A DNA stretch of 64,000 bases from a virus (taxonomy: Duplodnaviria > Caudoviricetes). Location of the stretch: IMG/VR virus record IMGVR_UViG_3300048854_000081, positions 256,001-320,000 of that record; one strand, 5' to 3'. The first letter of the stretch is position 1. Each line of letters starts with the position of its first letter. Shown here piece by piece: positions 27,129-36,824 of the stretch. The position numbers and the translations under genes are program-made. Below the pieces are notes generated by a model. That model did no database searches, was not told the DNA's origin, and was given only the letters and a program-made list of their open reading frames with translations.

Positions 27129-28543
27129 TCATGAATAACAAAATTAAACTAAACCCGATTCTCACCGCCGACAGTTACAAGATGTCGCATTGGCTTCAGT
27201 ATCCCGCCAAGACCACTGATGTATTCAGTTACATCGAATCACGCGGTTGTGGCTTCACCAATGAACTGATGTTCTTTGGTCTACAGGCTTATCTTCGTGA
27301 ATACCTGAGCCAGCGCATCACCATGGAAGACGTGGAGTTTGCTAAGACTCTCGCGGAGGCTCATGGCGAGCCGTTCAACTATGACGGCTGGAAGTACATC
27401 GTTGATCGTTACGATGGTCTCCTTCCCCTTACTATCAAGGCCGCAAAGGAAGGTGCAGTGATTCCCCTGCACAATGCTATCCTTACTGTTCACACCAGCG
27501 ACGCCAAGCTATTCTGGCTTCCGTCGTATGTCGAAACTGCCCTGCTTCGTGCCATTTGGTATCCTTCGACGGTTGCCACCCTTTCGTATACCTGCAAGAA
27601 GATTATGCACAAGTATCTTCTTGAAACCTCGGATCAGACCGATAGCCTGAACTTCATGCTTCATGACTTCGGCGCTCGTGGTGTAAGCAGTTCGGAAAGC
27701 GCAACGCTTGGCGGCATGGCTCACATCGTCAACTTCATGGGTACCGATACGGTCGAAGCTATCGTTGGTACGATGAATTATTACGATGCTCCTACGGTTT
27801 GTGCCTTCTCGATTCCTGCGGCTGAGCATTCGACCATTACTAGCTGGGAACGTGCAAACGAATTCGAAGCTTATTCGAATATGGTTGACCAGTACGCCAA
27901 GAAGGATAAGATTTTCGCGGTCGTATCGGACAGTTACGATATCTACAACGCAGTCGAGAACATGTGGAGCAAGGGTGGCTTGTTTGCCCGCGTCAAGGCT
28001 GCTGGATCGCGCGTGGTGATCCGTCCGGATTCAGGTGATGCTACGCAGGTACCAGTGAAGCTCGTTGAGCTTATCGCTGAACTGGAAGGCTTTACGATCA
28101 ATAGTAAGGGTTACAAGGTTCTTCCGGATTACGTTCGTGTCATTCAGGGTGATGGCATCACAATTGATACGATTCCGGTTATTCTGGAAAACCTCAAGGC
28201 TGCTGGCTTCAGCGCTGAAAACCTGAACTTCGGTATGGGTGGTGGTTTGCTACAGCACGTTAACCGTGATACCTTCAAGTTCGCGCAGAAGTGCTCGGCT
28301 GCTCTGGTTGATGGTAAGTGGCGTGAAGTATTCAAAGACCCTATTGATGACAAGGGTAAGGTATCGAAAAGGGGGCGTATCAGTTTGATCAAGGATGATC
28401 AGGGTAATTATCAGACTATTCGTTTGGAAGACCCACTTGAACGCAAGGAAGAACTTGATATTGTTTTCAAGAACGGACAGATCATCAAAGAGACCACATT
28501 CGATGAAGTCCGTAAGCGTGCAAACGAATATTTTGTAAAGTAA
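27125..28543 (+). CDS. nadV: nicotinamide phosphoribosyltransferase (Nampt/NadV)
   Basis: DSYKMSH, LHDFGARG, PAAEHS, VSDSYD, IRPDSGD, IQGDG, GMGGGLLQ. Confidence 0.93.
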   Translation: MVMNNKIKLNPILTADSYKMSHWLQYPAKTTDVFSYIESRGCGFTNELMFFGLQAYLREYLSQRITMEDVEFAKTLAEAHGEPFNYDGWKYIVDRYDGLLPLTIKAAKEGAVIPLHNAILTVHTSDAKLFWLPSYVETALLRAIWYPSTVATLSYTCKKIMHKYLLETSDQTDSLNFMLHDFGARGVSSSESATLGGMAHIVNFMGTDTVEAIVGTMNYYDAPTVCAFSIPAAEHSTITSWERANEFEAYSNMVDQYAKKDKIFAVVSDSYDIYNAVENMWSKGGLFARVKAAGSRVVIRPDSGDATQVPVKLVELIAELEGFTINSKGYKVLPDYVRVIQGDGITIDTIPVILENLKAAGFSAENLNFGMGGGLLQHVNRDTFKFAQKCSAALVDGKWREVFKDPIDDKGKVSKRGRISLIKDDQGNYQTIRLEDPLERKEELDIVFKNGQIIKETTFDEVRKRANEYFVK

Positions 28544-28554
28544 GGAAACCCTCT

Positions 28555-29151
28555 ATGGTCATGGAAGAGTTTATTTTGAGAGCGCATACCGATAAAGGTA
28601 TGCGCTTAATCGAAAAGATCGAAGACTTGATTACCAAAGAACTGAAGGTTGATGTAAGTATCATCGATCACAGAACCTATAATCCTTCAGAATTTGGGGT
28701 TACAGAATGGAGAAAGAAGTTCAAGACGATTATATCTCTTGACAAACATCTTGCTGAGTTCTTTGGTGTCGATTACTTTCAGATTTCAAGAATCTTCAAA
28801 GATAATGGTGATGTTCACTCACGGAGATTGGGTGGATACGATGGCTATAGAACGTATCCGTACAATGGATATCACATCATCGATACCGATATGGTTCATG
28901 GTGACTCAATCAATTTAGCTTGTAAGATTTTTGCTACGCATTCGTTTAACGTTCCTATCCTAGTCGAGGAAGGTCAAGACCTGATCGATATGGAAGATTT
29001 GTTTATGGATAACTCACTTCTGAAGACAGATAGTGGAATTATTGGTTGCAACTATCTTTTAAATCGTGAGTTCTTTACTAAGAGAACTTCCCTTCCAGAA
29101 TTTATGTACGACCCCATCAGAGAGATTATCATCCATGCAAACTCTAATTGA
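28555..29151 (+). CDS. divergent phosphoribosyltransferase-like protein
   Basis: YHIIDTDMVHGDSI resembles the type I PRTase PRPP-binding loop (hhhhDDhhxTGxT). Confidence 0.5.
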   Translation: MVMEEFILRAHTDKGMRLIEKIEDLITKELKVDVSIIDHRTYNPSEFGVTEWRKKFKTIISLDKHLAEFFGVDYFQISRIFKDNGDVHSRRLGGYDGYRTYPYNGYHIIDTDMVHGDSINLACKIFATHSFNVPILVEEGQDLIDMEDLFMDNSLLKTDSGIIGCNYLLNREFFTKRTSLPEFMYDPIREIIIHANSN

Positions 29152-29995
29152 ACAGATTCGTAAATGGTTTGATGAAAACAATCTCGATCATGCAGTGATT
29201 GGTTATTCTGGTGGTATCGACTCGGCCACGACTGCCGCTCTGATCCATCGTGCTGAAATTCCTATCACTCTTGTGCAGGTATGCCTAGAGAATCATACAC
29301 TATCATCCAGAACCATTATGATGGATTTCTTAGGTGATATTGAATACGCATACCGTGAAGGCATAGACAGTCCGTATACCCGCTGGGAATTCATTAGAAT
29401 GCCGGACATTTCCTATCTACGGGATGCTGGTAAGGAAGCTGCCCTTCCGATCATTCGCAATGCCTATTTTTACGGCGTAGCCGCAGACCTTCGTGATGAC
29501 AACAAGCGTCCGGTCGTAGTTGGTACTATCAACTTTGATGAGGCTGCTTATCTAGGATTTTGGGGAAAGGCATCCGATGGTGCTCAGGATTTCTATCCTA
29601 TCAGTCATCTTCACAAGTCAGAAGTCTATGCACTTGCTAAGGAGCTTGGTGTTCCTCAAGAGATTATCGATGCCGTACCATCAGGTGATCTACAATACTC
29701 AGGTGACCTAAACGATTATAAAATGATCGGTGCGACTTACGATCAGATTGAAGGACTCGCTAAGTTTGTTGATTCGCCTAAGGTAAAGACTGTAATCCAA
29801 ATTATGGAATTTATTGAGAACAACATTGATGATCCACTCAAGTTTGTAAAAAATATCAATAGAAATTCATTCAAGTATAATCAGCCATTCCCTAACGTTC
29901 ATGTTAATGGTAAACTTGAATTATTTCGTAAGAGAGCATATCCCACCATCATGATTGCTGCCTCAAATTATGAATTCTTGTCCAATTTATTGTAA
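29135..29995 (+). CDS. nadE: NH3-dependent NAD synthetase (NadE-like)
   Basis: GYSGGIDS PP-loop, VVGTINFDE, GFWGKASDG, PISHLHKSEV, GATYD. Confidence 0.85.
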   Translation: MQTLIEQIRKWFDENNLDHAVIGYSGGIDSATTAALIHRAEIPITLVQVCLENHTLSSRTIMMDFLGDIEYAYREGIDSPYTRWEFIRMPDISYLRDAGKEAALPIIRNAYFYGVAADLRDDNKRPVVVGTINFDEAAYLGFWGKASDGAQDFYPISHLHKSEVYALAKELGVPQEIIDAVPSGDLQYSGDLNDYKMIGATYDQIEGLAKFVDSPKVKTVIQIMEFIENNIDDPLKFVKNINRNSFKYNQPFPNVHVNGKLELFRKRAYPTIMIAASNYEFLSNLL

Positions 29996-30306
29996 AAGGC
30001 AACAATCTTCAACATTTCATCTAATGTTGCGTCAGATTTAAGTCGATTAGCTCTGTAGGATATGACAATCATATTGTCGAGAGAATATCCCTTGGATGAA
30101 TCAATTCGATCAAAGCTGATCGAATCATCCTCTACTTTGGTACGATGGAAGTGTAATGGTATCCCAAGGATGGGACAGGTGATAGGAATACCAATCTCAT
30201 CGATGTCCGATGGCAGTAACGTAAATGGAATACCACGCTTTGTTGCAGACGCCTTTAGCTGATTCCATATATCTTTGAAATCTCTTTGGGTAAGATGTAA
30301 ATTCAT
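29968..30306 (-). mobile_element. free-standing HNH-type homing endonuclease, antisense
   Basis: CPILGIPL...SFDRIDSSKGY..DN.IVIS..AN..K. Confidence 0.75.
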
Positions 30307-30340
30307 AACTATGGTCGTTTATCATAGTTATATATGCCAC

Positions 30341-30368
30341 TTGACTTTCAATGAAAATGGTGGATAAT
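30341..30368 (+). promoter_or_regulatory. sigma70-type promoter
   Basis: TTGACT-N16-GATAAT. Confidence 0.55.
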
Positions 30369-30397
30369 GATGCAATACATTTCACCTGAGACAAATC

Positions 30398-31189
30398 ATG
30401 CATGACGTAAATCTTTACACTGGAAGCAACCCGAAGCCGGAATGGAATCCGAATATTGATTATGTGAAGAAGACCTTCATGTTCGATACGAGGCACGTCA
30501 TTTCGCATTTCTCTGAGTATCCGGTTTACACACTGGACAATGCGTTTCCTGAAGATATCTGTAATCACTTGATTGCCGAGTTCGAAAAGCAGGATCACTA
30601 TGCTGTCGGTGTGGATGGTTACGCTAATGCAGCCGAGCATACCGGCTCTTATAGAGCGATGGCATGGAGTGAATCCGTCGCCAATCAGGTCTCTGAAAGA
30701 CTTCATAAGATTATTGATGAGAACTCATTTGACGGTGGTCTTGATGGGTTGGTTCATCTTAGCGATCTTTCAATTCTCTACACACCATTCAGACCCGTGT
30801 TAGAGGCTGAGTACGATATGATTGGTTCTACACCATGGCTTCGCTTTATGAAGTATGGTCAGGGTGGTAAGCACACTCCACATTATGATGCCCCATTCCA
30901 TAATGAAGATGAACGATACATTACGTTGTACTCATGGGTTCTCTATCTAAACACACCAGAAGGTGAAGGTGGAAATTTCCAGTTTGTGGCTGATGGTCAG
31001 GAAGATGTACACCCACTAGATCAAAATCTTAATGATTGGGATCACATGAGTGAGACATCCGTTCTAGATATCAAGCCGGAGCGTGGGAAGCTTCTTGTGT
31101 TCCCACATTGGCTATGCCATCAGGTGCAAGAGTATCTTGGTAACGATCATCGTTATATCATCCGTGGAGACGTAGCTTTTGGATACTGA
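30398..31189 (+). CDS. 2OG-Fe(II) dioxygenase (prolyl-hydroxylase-like)
   Basis: RFMKY...PHYD, LYLN..EGG, VFPH..CHQV, terminal RYIIRGD. Confidence 0.85.
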   Translation: MHDVNLYTGSNPKPEWNPNIDYVKKTFMFDTRHVISHFSEYPVYTLDNAFPEDICNHLIAEFEKQDHYAVGVDGYANAAEHTGSYRAMAWSESVANQVSERLHKIIDENSFDGGLDGLVHLSDLSILYTPFRPVLEAEYDMIGSTPWLRFMKYGQGGKHTPHYDAPFHNEDERYITLYSWVLYLNTPEGEGGNFQFVADGQEDVHPLDQNLNDWDHMSETSVLDIKPERGKLLVFPHWLCHQVQEYLGNDHRYIIRGDVAFGY

Positions 31190-31865
31190 ATTGATGTGTG
31201 ACGAGCCGTGGTATCAAGAACTTGAGCGTAAGTACGGATATGAATTCTGTGCTACGGCTGGATACTTCATGGAATTCAAGCCATGGGCTCACTCATATCG
31301 TAAACATTTTAAGCTTGACGAATTGGAGCCTGTCGATGCAGTCATACAGTACTCAGGTGCATTTCATCCGATCCATTATGGGCATGTTGAATGTTTTCAT
31401 AATGCCATCAATCAGGTAGTTGTTTGGACGAATGCACAGAGTGGCTACGTATTTTTACACATTGATCATAGTGACTATCGTGATTCTAAGGGATACTGTT
31501 CCGATGAAGTGTTCAAGGAACGCATAGCTGACGTGGTAGAGAACTTCGAATATAAGAATTTTAAGATTATTCCTATCTTCGACGATGCTATGCCTGACAA
31601 TTGTTCACGTAACTTCACTAGACTGTATACTGAGTTATCTAAAGTTTTTAGACACGTATATTTCGTGTGTGGTGGTGATCGTGCAAACTATGCATTAACC
31701 TTTATGGATAAAGGTAAAGTTATTGTATCTGGAAGACAGTCATCACCAACATATGAAAGTTACAAACATTTAATGAATGATAGAATCTGGTTTATCGGTG
31801 GTAACAATTCATCATCTTCTACGGATATCCGTTCACAACTTAACAAAGAGCAATCACATGACTGA
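31179..31865 (+). CDS. HIGH-family nucleotidyltransferase (NadD/cytidylyltransferase-like)
   Basis: SGAFHPIHYGH, FVCGGD, SSTDIR; start may be ATG 31194. Confidence 0.8.
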   Translation: MDTELMCDEPWYQELERKYGYEFCATAGYFMEFKPWAHSYRKHFKLDELEPVDAVIQYSGAFHPIHYGHVECFHNAINQVVVWTNAQSGYVFLHIDHSDYRDSKGYCSDEVFKERIADVVENFEYKNFKIIPIFDDAMPDNCSRNFTRLYTELSKVFRHVYFVCGGDRANYALTFMDKGKVIVSGRQSSPTYESYKHLMNDRIWFIGGNNSSSSTDIRSQLNKEQSHD

Positions 31866-32649
31866 CATTATTACTGCAAACGACATCGAAGTTGAAATTA
31901 ATACCTCGGCTGTCGAGCCTGCACAGTACTTCAAGATTCTGAAGGGCAAGACTCAGGATGCAACCAGCGAACGTCTTAGCGACCAGCTTAAGACGGTTTC
32001 CGCACAGATCATTGCTGCGAATCGCGTCGGCCAGAAATCATTTTTAGAGAAGCTTGCATTTACTCATAGCGTGATCGTCAAGGAACAGATGCTTCTTGCT
32101 AACGGTATTTCCAAGTTTGTTTACAAGGATGACATCAAGCAATTCTTGGATAAGGTCCAACCTGTAAATTCGATCAAGATTATTGAACTGGAACGCTATC
32201 CGCGTGCCATCCCTCTTGATGTTCTCAATAAGCTGGATGCAGTCAAGCAACTAGGTATCTTCGATGAATTTTGTGTGGTCTTCACTGACCTTACCGATTC
32301 TACTTACGAAACTGCGGATGAAAAGGAATTCGTAAAGCGCAACCGCGATCCTATCGTGTTCGGGTTCTTTAAGGAAGAAAAGACTTCATTGAAGCATGAC
32401 CGTTTCTACTTCGTTGTGGATTGGGAAGATGAACATTGTGATCTTACCTTTACCAAAATGATTGAGAAGATGGCCGAACTGGATATGAAGAATGTAGAGA
32501 AGGAGATTGGAGTCGATCCAGCCTACCTACAGGAAATCGTAGATAACACTCTTGCTTCGATGGGTAAGCGTCACATGTCAAGTTTACAGCAGTCGGAAGG
32601 CAGTGTGGAGAAGCCTAAGTCTTGGTTTAAGCGTATCTTCGGAAAATGA
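31858..32649 (+). CDS. hypothetical protein
   Basis: Long ORF with phage-like codon use; start taken at ATG 31858. Confidence 0.7.
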   Translation: MTDIITANDIEVEINTSAVEPAQYFKILKGKTQDATSERLSDQLKTVSAQIIAANRVGQKSFLEKLAFTHSVIVKEQMLLANGISKFVYKDDIKQFLDKVQPVNSIKIIELERYPRAIPLDVLNKLDAVKQLGIFDEFCVVFTDLTDSTYETADEKEFVKRNRDPIVFGFFKEEKTSLKHDRFYFVVDWEDEHCDLTFTKMIEKMAELDMKNVEKEIGVDPAYLQEIVDNTLASMGKRHMSSLQQSEGSVEKPKSWFKRIFGK

Positions 32650-33095
32650 TTACGAAGGATGCGGACCTAACCTTGGAGTCTTGGTTTGCAGGGGATACGG
32701 ACCATCGTCTCCTGTTAAACCGGGAAGATGCTTATGTTAGAAATAATCATATAAAATACCATCATGGTAGTGTCTTAGAAGATAAACCTAAAAATAGGGT
32801 TCAGCTTGTTGACCTTATGTTTTTGGTATTGAGTAAGCATTCACATCCAAATGTACAGCGTATTCTAGGTGAGGACGAAAATAGGGAATACGATTGGGTT
32901 GAAAAGCATGTCGATATTTTGGACTCTGCACCAGAGAGCCTACCCAACTACGGATATGGTTACGTTCTACATAATGTAATATATTCTGAATGTGAATGTT
33001 GTGGTGGTGAAATGCATCTACTCAACAATAGTACTGGTTATTCGATCTGTGATCGATGTAACGTTAGACTCCACTTGAAACCACTTGAGCTATAA
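32646..33095 (+). CDS. hypothetical protein with C-terminal zinc ribbon
   Basis: CECC...CDRC. Confidence 0.6.
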   Translation: MITKDADLTLESWFAGDTDHRLLLNREDAYVRNNHIKYHHGSVLEDKPKNRVQLVDLMFLVLSKHSHPNVQRILGEDENREYDWVEKHVDILDSAPESLPNYGYGYVLHNVIYSECECCGGEMHLLNNSTGYSICDRCNVRLHLKPLEL

Positions 33096-33099
33096 AGAG

Positions 33100-33120
33100 A
33101 AGCCACCTTTCGGTGGCTTT
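33100..33120. terminator. bidirectional intrinsic terminator
   Basis: AAGCCACC-TTTC-GGTGGCTT between convergent genes. Confidence 0.75.
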
Positions 33121-33123
33121 GTC

Positions 33124-33483
33124 TTATTCTGTCGGCTTGTTCATCGGCTTGTCGTTGCCTAGATAGTCCATGCCATCCTGTAGCAATCGCTTAAGCAATT
33201 CGTCACGATGCTGATCAATGAATCCCTTCACTAGCTGGGCATCGGTGGCATCACCATCATGGATAGTTCCATTGTCGTTCACATCGATGTCTTTGATCAT
33301 GTAACCCTTGGACTTAGGATCGAATTCGACGGAGACAGCGTAAACCACGCCATTGTTTCTGTCCTTGATAGCGATATCACCATCAACCTTGTCACCGTCC
33401 ATGTCAAACGTGTTTACGTTTACTAGAGCAAACTGTGGAGCATCATTGTCCATGATTGCTTCTAGTAGATTTTGAATTTTCAT
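33124..33483 (-). CDS. late protein, possible head-internal protein
   Basis: MKIQNLLEA N-terminus; TATAAATA at 33504-33511 (minus). Confidence 0.65.
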   Translation of the reverse strand: MKIQNLLEAIMDNDAPQFALVNVNTFDMDGDKVDGDIAIKDRNNGVVYAVSVEFDPKSKGYMIKDIDVNDNGTIHDGDATDAQLVKGFIDQHRDELLKRLLQDGMDYLGNDKPMNKPTE

Positions 33484-33569
33484 AATAATTCCGAATTTGT
33501 TAATATTTATAGAACGTTGACATATCGCTTACCTAAACCCTATACTACCTGAAAGTTAGGTATAATACA

Positions 33570-34016
33570 ATGCAAGACAAATGGAATAACCGATTCATGG
33601 ATTTAGCTTTCCATGTTGCATCATGGTCACGCGATCCAAGTACTAAAGTTGGCGCACTGATTGTAGATTATGAACACAACGTCAGAGCCATGGGTTACAA
33701 TGGATTCCCAAGAGGAATCGCTGATACCGATGAGCGTTTGAATAACCGTGAACTCAAATATCCTTTAACCGTACATGCAGAACGAAACGCACTGGCATCC
33801 TGTGCGAAGCTCGGTATCCGTACCGATGGATGTTACCTAGTATGCACACACTATCCGTGTTCGGTATGTGCAGGTATCATCATCCAGTCAGGTATCATGA
33901 GGGTTATCGTAAAGAAGCCTGATGAGGCTTTCTTGGGTCGCTGGGAAGATACACAGCTTGCGTTAGATATGTTTGCAGAAGCCAATGTGGCTATCGAGAT
34001 AGTGAACCAAGAGTAA
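33570..34016 (+). CDS. dCMP deaminase
   Basis: SRDPSTKVGA, GYNGFPRG, HAE, PCSVC. Confidence 0.92.
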   Translation: MQDKWNNRFMDLAFHVASWSRDPSTKVGALIVDYEHNVRAMGYNGFPRGIADTDERLNNRELKYPLTVHAERNALASCAKLGIRTDGCYLVCTHYPCSVCAGIIIQSGIMRVIVKKPDEAFLGRWEDTQLALDMFAEANVAIEIVNQE

Positions 34017-34096
34017 ATGAAATACATTTCAATATTGATTGAATCGTCACATGCTGATATGATGTGTAAAGAATAACAATTTAAATGGAACCTAAT

Positions 34097-34582
34097 ATGA
34101 AGCATCTGACCCTACCCACTTTTATCATGCTCGTCGGCTTGCCGGGGAGCGGCAAGAGCACTTGGCGTAACAGTGTTGAAAACCTGTCTGAGTATGAAAT
34201 CGTGTCGTCGGATGACTACATTGACAAGATTGCTTTGCGCGAAGGAAAGACTTATACTGAGGTGTTTGACTCTGCCGTGAAGGAAGCTTCACGTGAAATG
34301 CAGATCACTTTCGATAAGGCTATTGCCGACAAGAAGCACATCATTTGGGATCAGACCAACCTCTCGGCTAAGAAGCGCAAGGGTGTTCTGTCCCGTCTTC
34401 CGAAGGGTTATCTGTCTATTGCGGTCGTCTTCGAAGTGGAACTGGATGTCATCAAGGCCAGAATCAAGAAGCGTGCCGAAGAGACCGGTAAGAACATTCC
34501 GGAATTCGTCATCATAAATATGTTGAAGACCTACGAAAAGCCTACTGTTGGCGAAGGTTTCAATAAGATTATTACTGTATAA
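34097..34582 (+). CDS. P-loop polynucleotide-kinase-like protein (AAA_33 type)
   Basis: GLPGSGKST, SSDD, IWDQTN. Confidence 0.8.
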   Translation: MKHLTLPTFIMLVGLPGSGKSTWRNSVENLSEYEIVSSDDYIDKIALREGKTYTEVFDSAVKEASREMQITFDKAIADKKHIIWDQTNLSAKKRKGVLSRLPKGYLSIAVVFEVELDVIKARIKKRAEETGKNIPEFVIINMLKTYEKPTVGEGFNKIITV

Positions 34583-34592
34583 GGAATCAGTC

Positions 34593-35225
34593 ATGATAGA
34601 AGAGCAGACTCACCACAATATAGGACTACCACAGATTCTTTTACTAGACGCTGGTGGTAACGCCATTGACTGGATTAGCTACGCAGATTTTGCAACACTG
34701 AAGGCCAAGGATCGTATCCTTTGGACTACGGGTACGTATGCTTGTACGATTCGTGGTGGTACCAATGCAATTTCTGGTAAGCGTACTGAGTTGGTCTTGG
34801 ATACTATCGTGGCTATCAAGCACGAGAAGAAAGAAAAGACCAAGAAGAAGCATGCAGACGGTTTCAACCCAACCCTTACGAATAAGATGTTGTTCGCAAG
34901 AGACAAGAACCTGTGTGCATACTGCGGTCACGTCTACGCTGCTAAGAAGCTTACCCGCGACCATGTAATTCCTCAGTCGAAGGGTGGTCCAGACGTATGG
35001 GAAAATGTAGTGACTGCGTGCAGCACTTGTAACCTATGGAAGGACGACAAGATGCTGGACGATGCTGACTTGAAGTTGCTATATGTTCCTTACAAGCCAT
35101 CGTTCCACGAGCACCTAATTCTTAAGAACAGAAACCTACTGGGCGACCAGCTAGAATTCTTGCTTAAGGGTGTATCGGAGCACAGCCCAGTGTTTAAGGA
35201 ATTCTCCGAAAGGTTAGTTGCTTAG
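34593..35225 (+). CDS. HNH endonuclease (McrA-like)
   Basis: RDKNLCAYCG...TRDHVIPQSKGG..WENVVTACSTCN. Confidence 0.88.
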   Translation: MIEEQTHHNIGLPQILLLDAGGNAIDWISYADFATLKAKDRILWTTGTYACTIRGGTNAISGKRTELVLDTIVAIKHEKKEKTKKKHADGFNPTLTNKMLFARDKNLCAYCGHVYAAKKLTRDHVIPQSKGGPDVWENVVTACSTCNLWKDDKMLDDADLKLLYVPYKPSFHEHLILKNRNLLGDQLEFLLKGVSEHSPVFKEFSERLVA

Positions 35226-35232
35226 GAAGAAG

Positions 35233-35260
35233 AAAAGCCCGTCGAATGACGGGCTTTTTT
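35233..35260. terminator. bidirectional intrinsic terminator
   Basis: AAAAGCCCGTC-GAAT-GACGGGCTTTTTT. Confidence 0.8.
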
Positions 35261-35261
35261 A

Positions 35262-36134
35262 TTACATCACCAAAATACCGTTGGCAACTGATCCTAGTAG
35301 ATCGTCGAGATAATAAGTTATATCTCTAGCGAACATTTGAACCATATCATTGACTTCCTCGTAATCGTCACGAATACTGAAGTGCTGTTTTGAAGCACCC
35401 GCACCGCCGCCAAATTGCTTAGGTGCTGGATTGAACTTAATCTTACCTGTAGTTAGATACTGTGCAATCAATTCATTTAGAATTTCAAACCAATCTCTAA
35501 CTGTACGTTCTCTAGCAGAACGGAATGTGCTGATTTCATAAAAGAAATACAACATAGCAAGCTGATTCTTTCTTACACTATTATCTCGCATTCCACGATT
35601 GAACATTTCACGTTCACTACCGGGAAAGTTTTGGTTACCATAGTAAGCCATTATTTCCTTAACGGTGTTCAATAAGTAATCGGATACTTGACGATATTGA
35701 CTGTGTGAGTCTCTAATACTATTCTCTCTAGCTAGTGCATGGCCGATGCGATGGGCCATGATCCAAGCAGTCATATTCTTACGTTCAGAACCCTTATTGT
35801 TAGTGAAGACCACTTGGATATGATCTTGATCCATGTTGGGTTGAATGGCAGCATATACTTCATCGCCAAGATTTTGTTTAACCCAATCAGGGGTGACTAG
35901 ACCGACTTCGGTATGTTTATTAGCCTGTGGAGAGTTTACGAAATAGAAATCGAAATCGTGTGGGGATGCGCCAAATTTCTTACGGGTACGTTCGATAGCC
36001 TTGGGATGGCGGATAAGGTTACGGTCGCGCTGATCACGAAAGGATGAGTTCTTATCGAAGTTACCAATGGTTTTGTAATCACGCAAAGCCATTTCATTAA
36101 TAAGGAAATTTTTGAAGGAAAGATTTTTAGACAT
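35262..36134 (-). CDS. late protein, possible head-internal protein
   Basis: N-terminus MSKNLSFKNFLINEM; AATAAATA at 36158-36165; HRIGH motif. Confidence 0.7.
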   Translation of the reverse strand: MSKNLSFKNFLINEMALRDYKTIGNFDKNSSFRDQRDRNLIRHPKAIERTRKKFGASPHDFDFYFVNSPQANKHTEVGLVTPDWVKQNLGDEVYAAIQPNMDQDHIQVVFTNNKGSERKNMTAWIMAHRIGHALARENSIRDSHSQYRQVSDYLLNTVKEIMAYYGNQNFPGSEREMFNRGMRDNSVRKNQLAMLYFFYEISTFRSARERTVRDWFEILNELIAQYLTTGKIKFNPAPKQFGGGAGASKQHFSIRDDYEEVNDMVQMFARDITYYLDDLLGSVANGILVM

Positions 36135-36225
36135 TGTTTCTATTCAATTATTACCCATATTTATTCGATATACCTTGCTGAATGACAAATTAACTGGTAC
36201 AATTTGCGGAAATTGGAAACCGTAA

Positions 36226-36789
36226 ATGAACTTAGTTGAATATCAAGAGAAAGCCCTTCGTACCGAATCTATCGTTACCGAAGTAGTTGCAGATAAGAAT
36301 GAGTTGCTACACGTACTATCGATCTTCGTCACCGCTGGTGAAATGCTCGATTGTCTTAAGAAGAAGATTTACTACAAGAACCCTAAGAAGTATAACGAAA
36401 AGTTCCAAGAGCTTTCCGATAGCCTGAAGTTCTTTGATACATGTGCTGACCGTCATCATGGCGAACAGCAGGAAGAGCCGCTAATCGGTATCGATCCTCG
36501 TGTATTCCACGGCATCGTTGGAGCCAGCACAGAATCCGCAGAGCTTGCCGCCGCCCTTATGAAGTACATCACGACCGGTCAGCTTGACGGCGTTAACGTA
36601 CAAGAAGAAATGGCTGACACTAGCTGGTACTTCGCTATCCTAAATGATTCTCTAGATTTGTCATGGGAAGAAGGTCTGGTGCGTAATATTGCTAAGCTTA
36701 AGGCTCGTTATCCTGAGAAGTATTCGGATGAGAGCGCAGAAGTCCGCGACCTAGATACGGAACGTAAGATTCTTGAAGGTAAGGCTTGA
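36226..36789 (+). CDS. MazG-like NTP pyrophosphohydrolase
   Basis: YQEKALRT, ESAEL, EEMADTSWY, NIAKLKARYP. Confidence 0.85.
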   Translation: MNLVEYQEKALRTESIVTEVVADKNELLHVLSIFVTAGEMLDCLKKKIYYKNPKKYNEKFQELSDSLKFFDTCADRHHGEQQEEPLIGIDPRVFHGIVGASTESAELAAALMKYITTGQLDGVNVQEEMADTSWYFAILNDSLDLSWEEGLVRNIAKLKARYPEKYSDESAEVRDLDTERKILEGKA

Positions 36790-36824
36790 GCGATCAAGCC
36801 CCTTTAATTGGACAATGGAATAAC

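Noticed and set aside
25191-28543. NARP1 (Adps+Namat) assignment
   Set aside because: No recognisable PRPP-synthetase-like Adps gene; the pairing with NadM-Nudix fits the Nampt/Nmnat route better. Namat activity cannot be excluded from sequence alone.
31179-31196. Programmed frameshift fusing the 2OG oxygenase and the HIGH NTase
   Set aside because: No clear slippery heptamer; the oxygenase ends naturally after its terminal Arg strand and a usable ATG follows at 31194.
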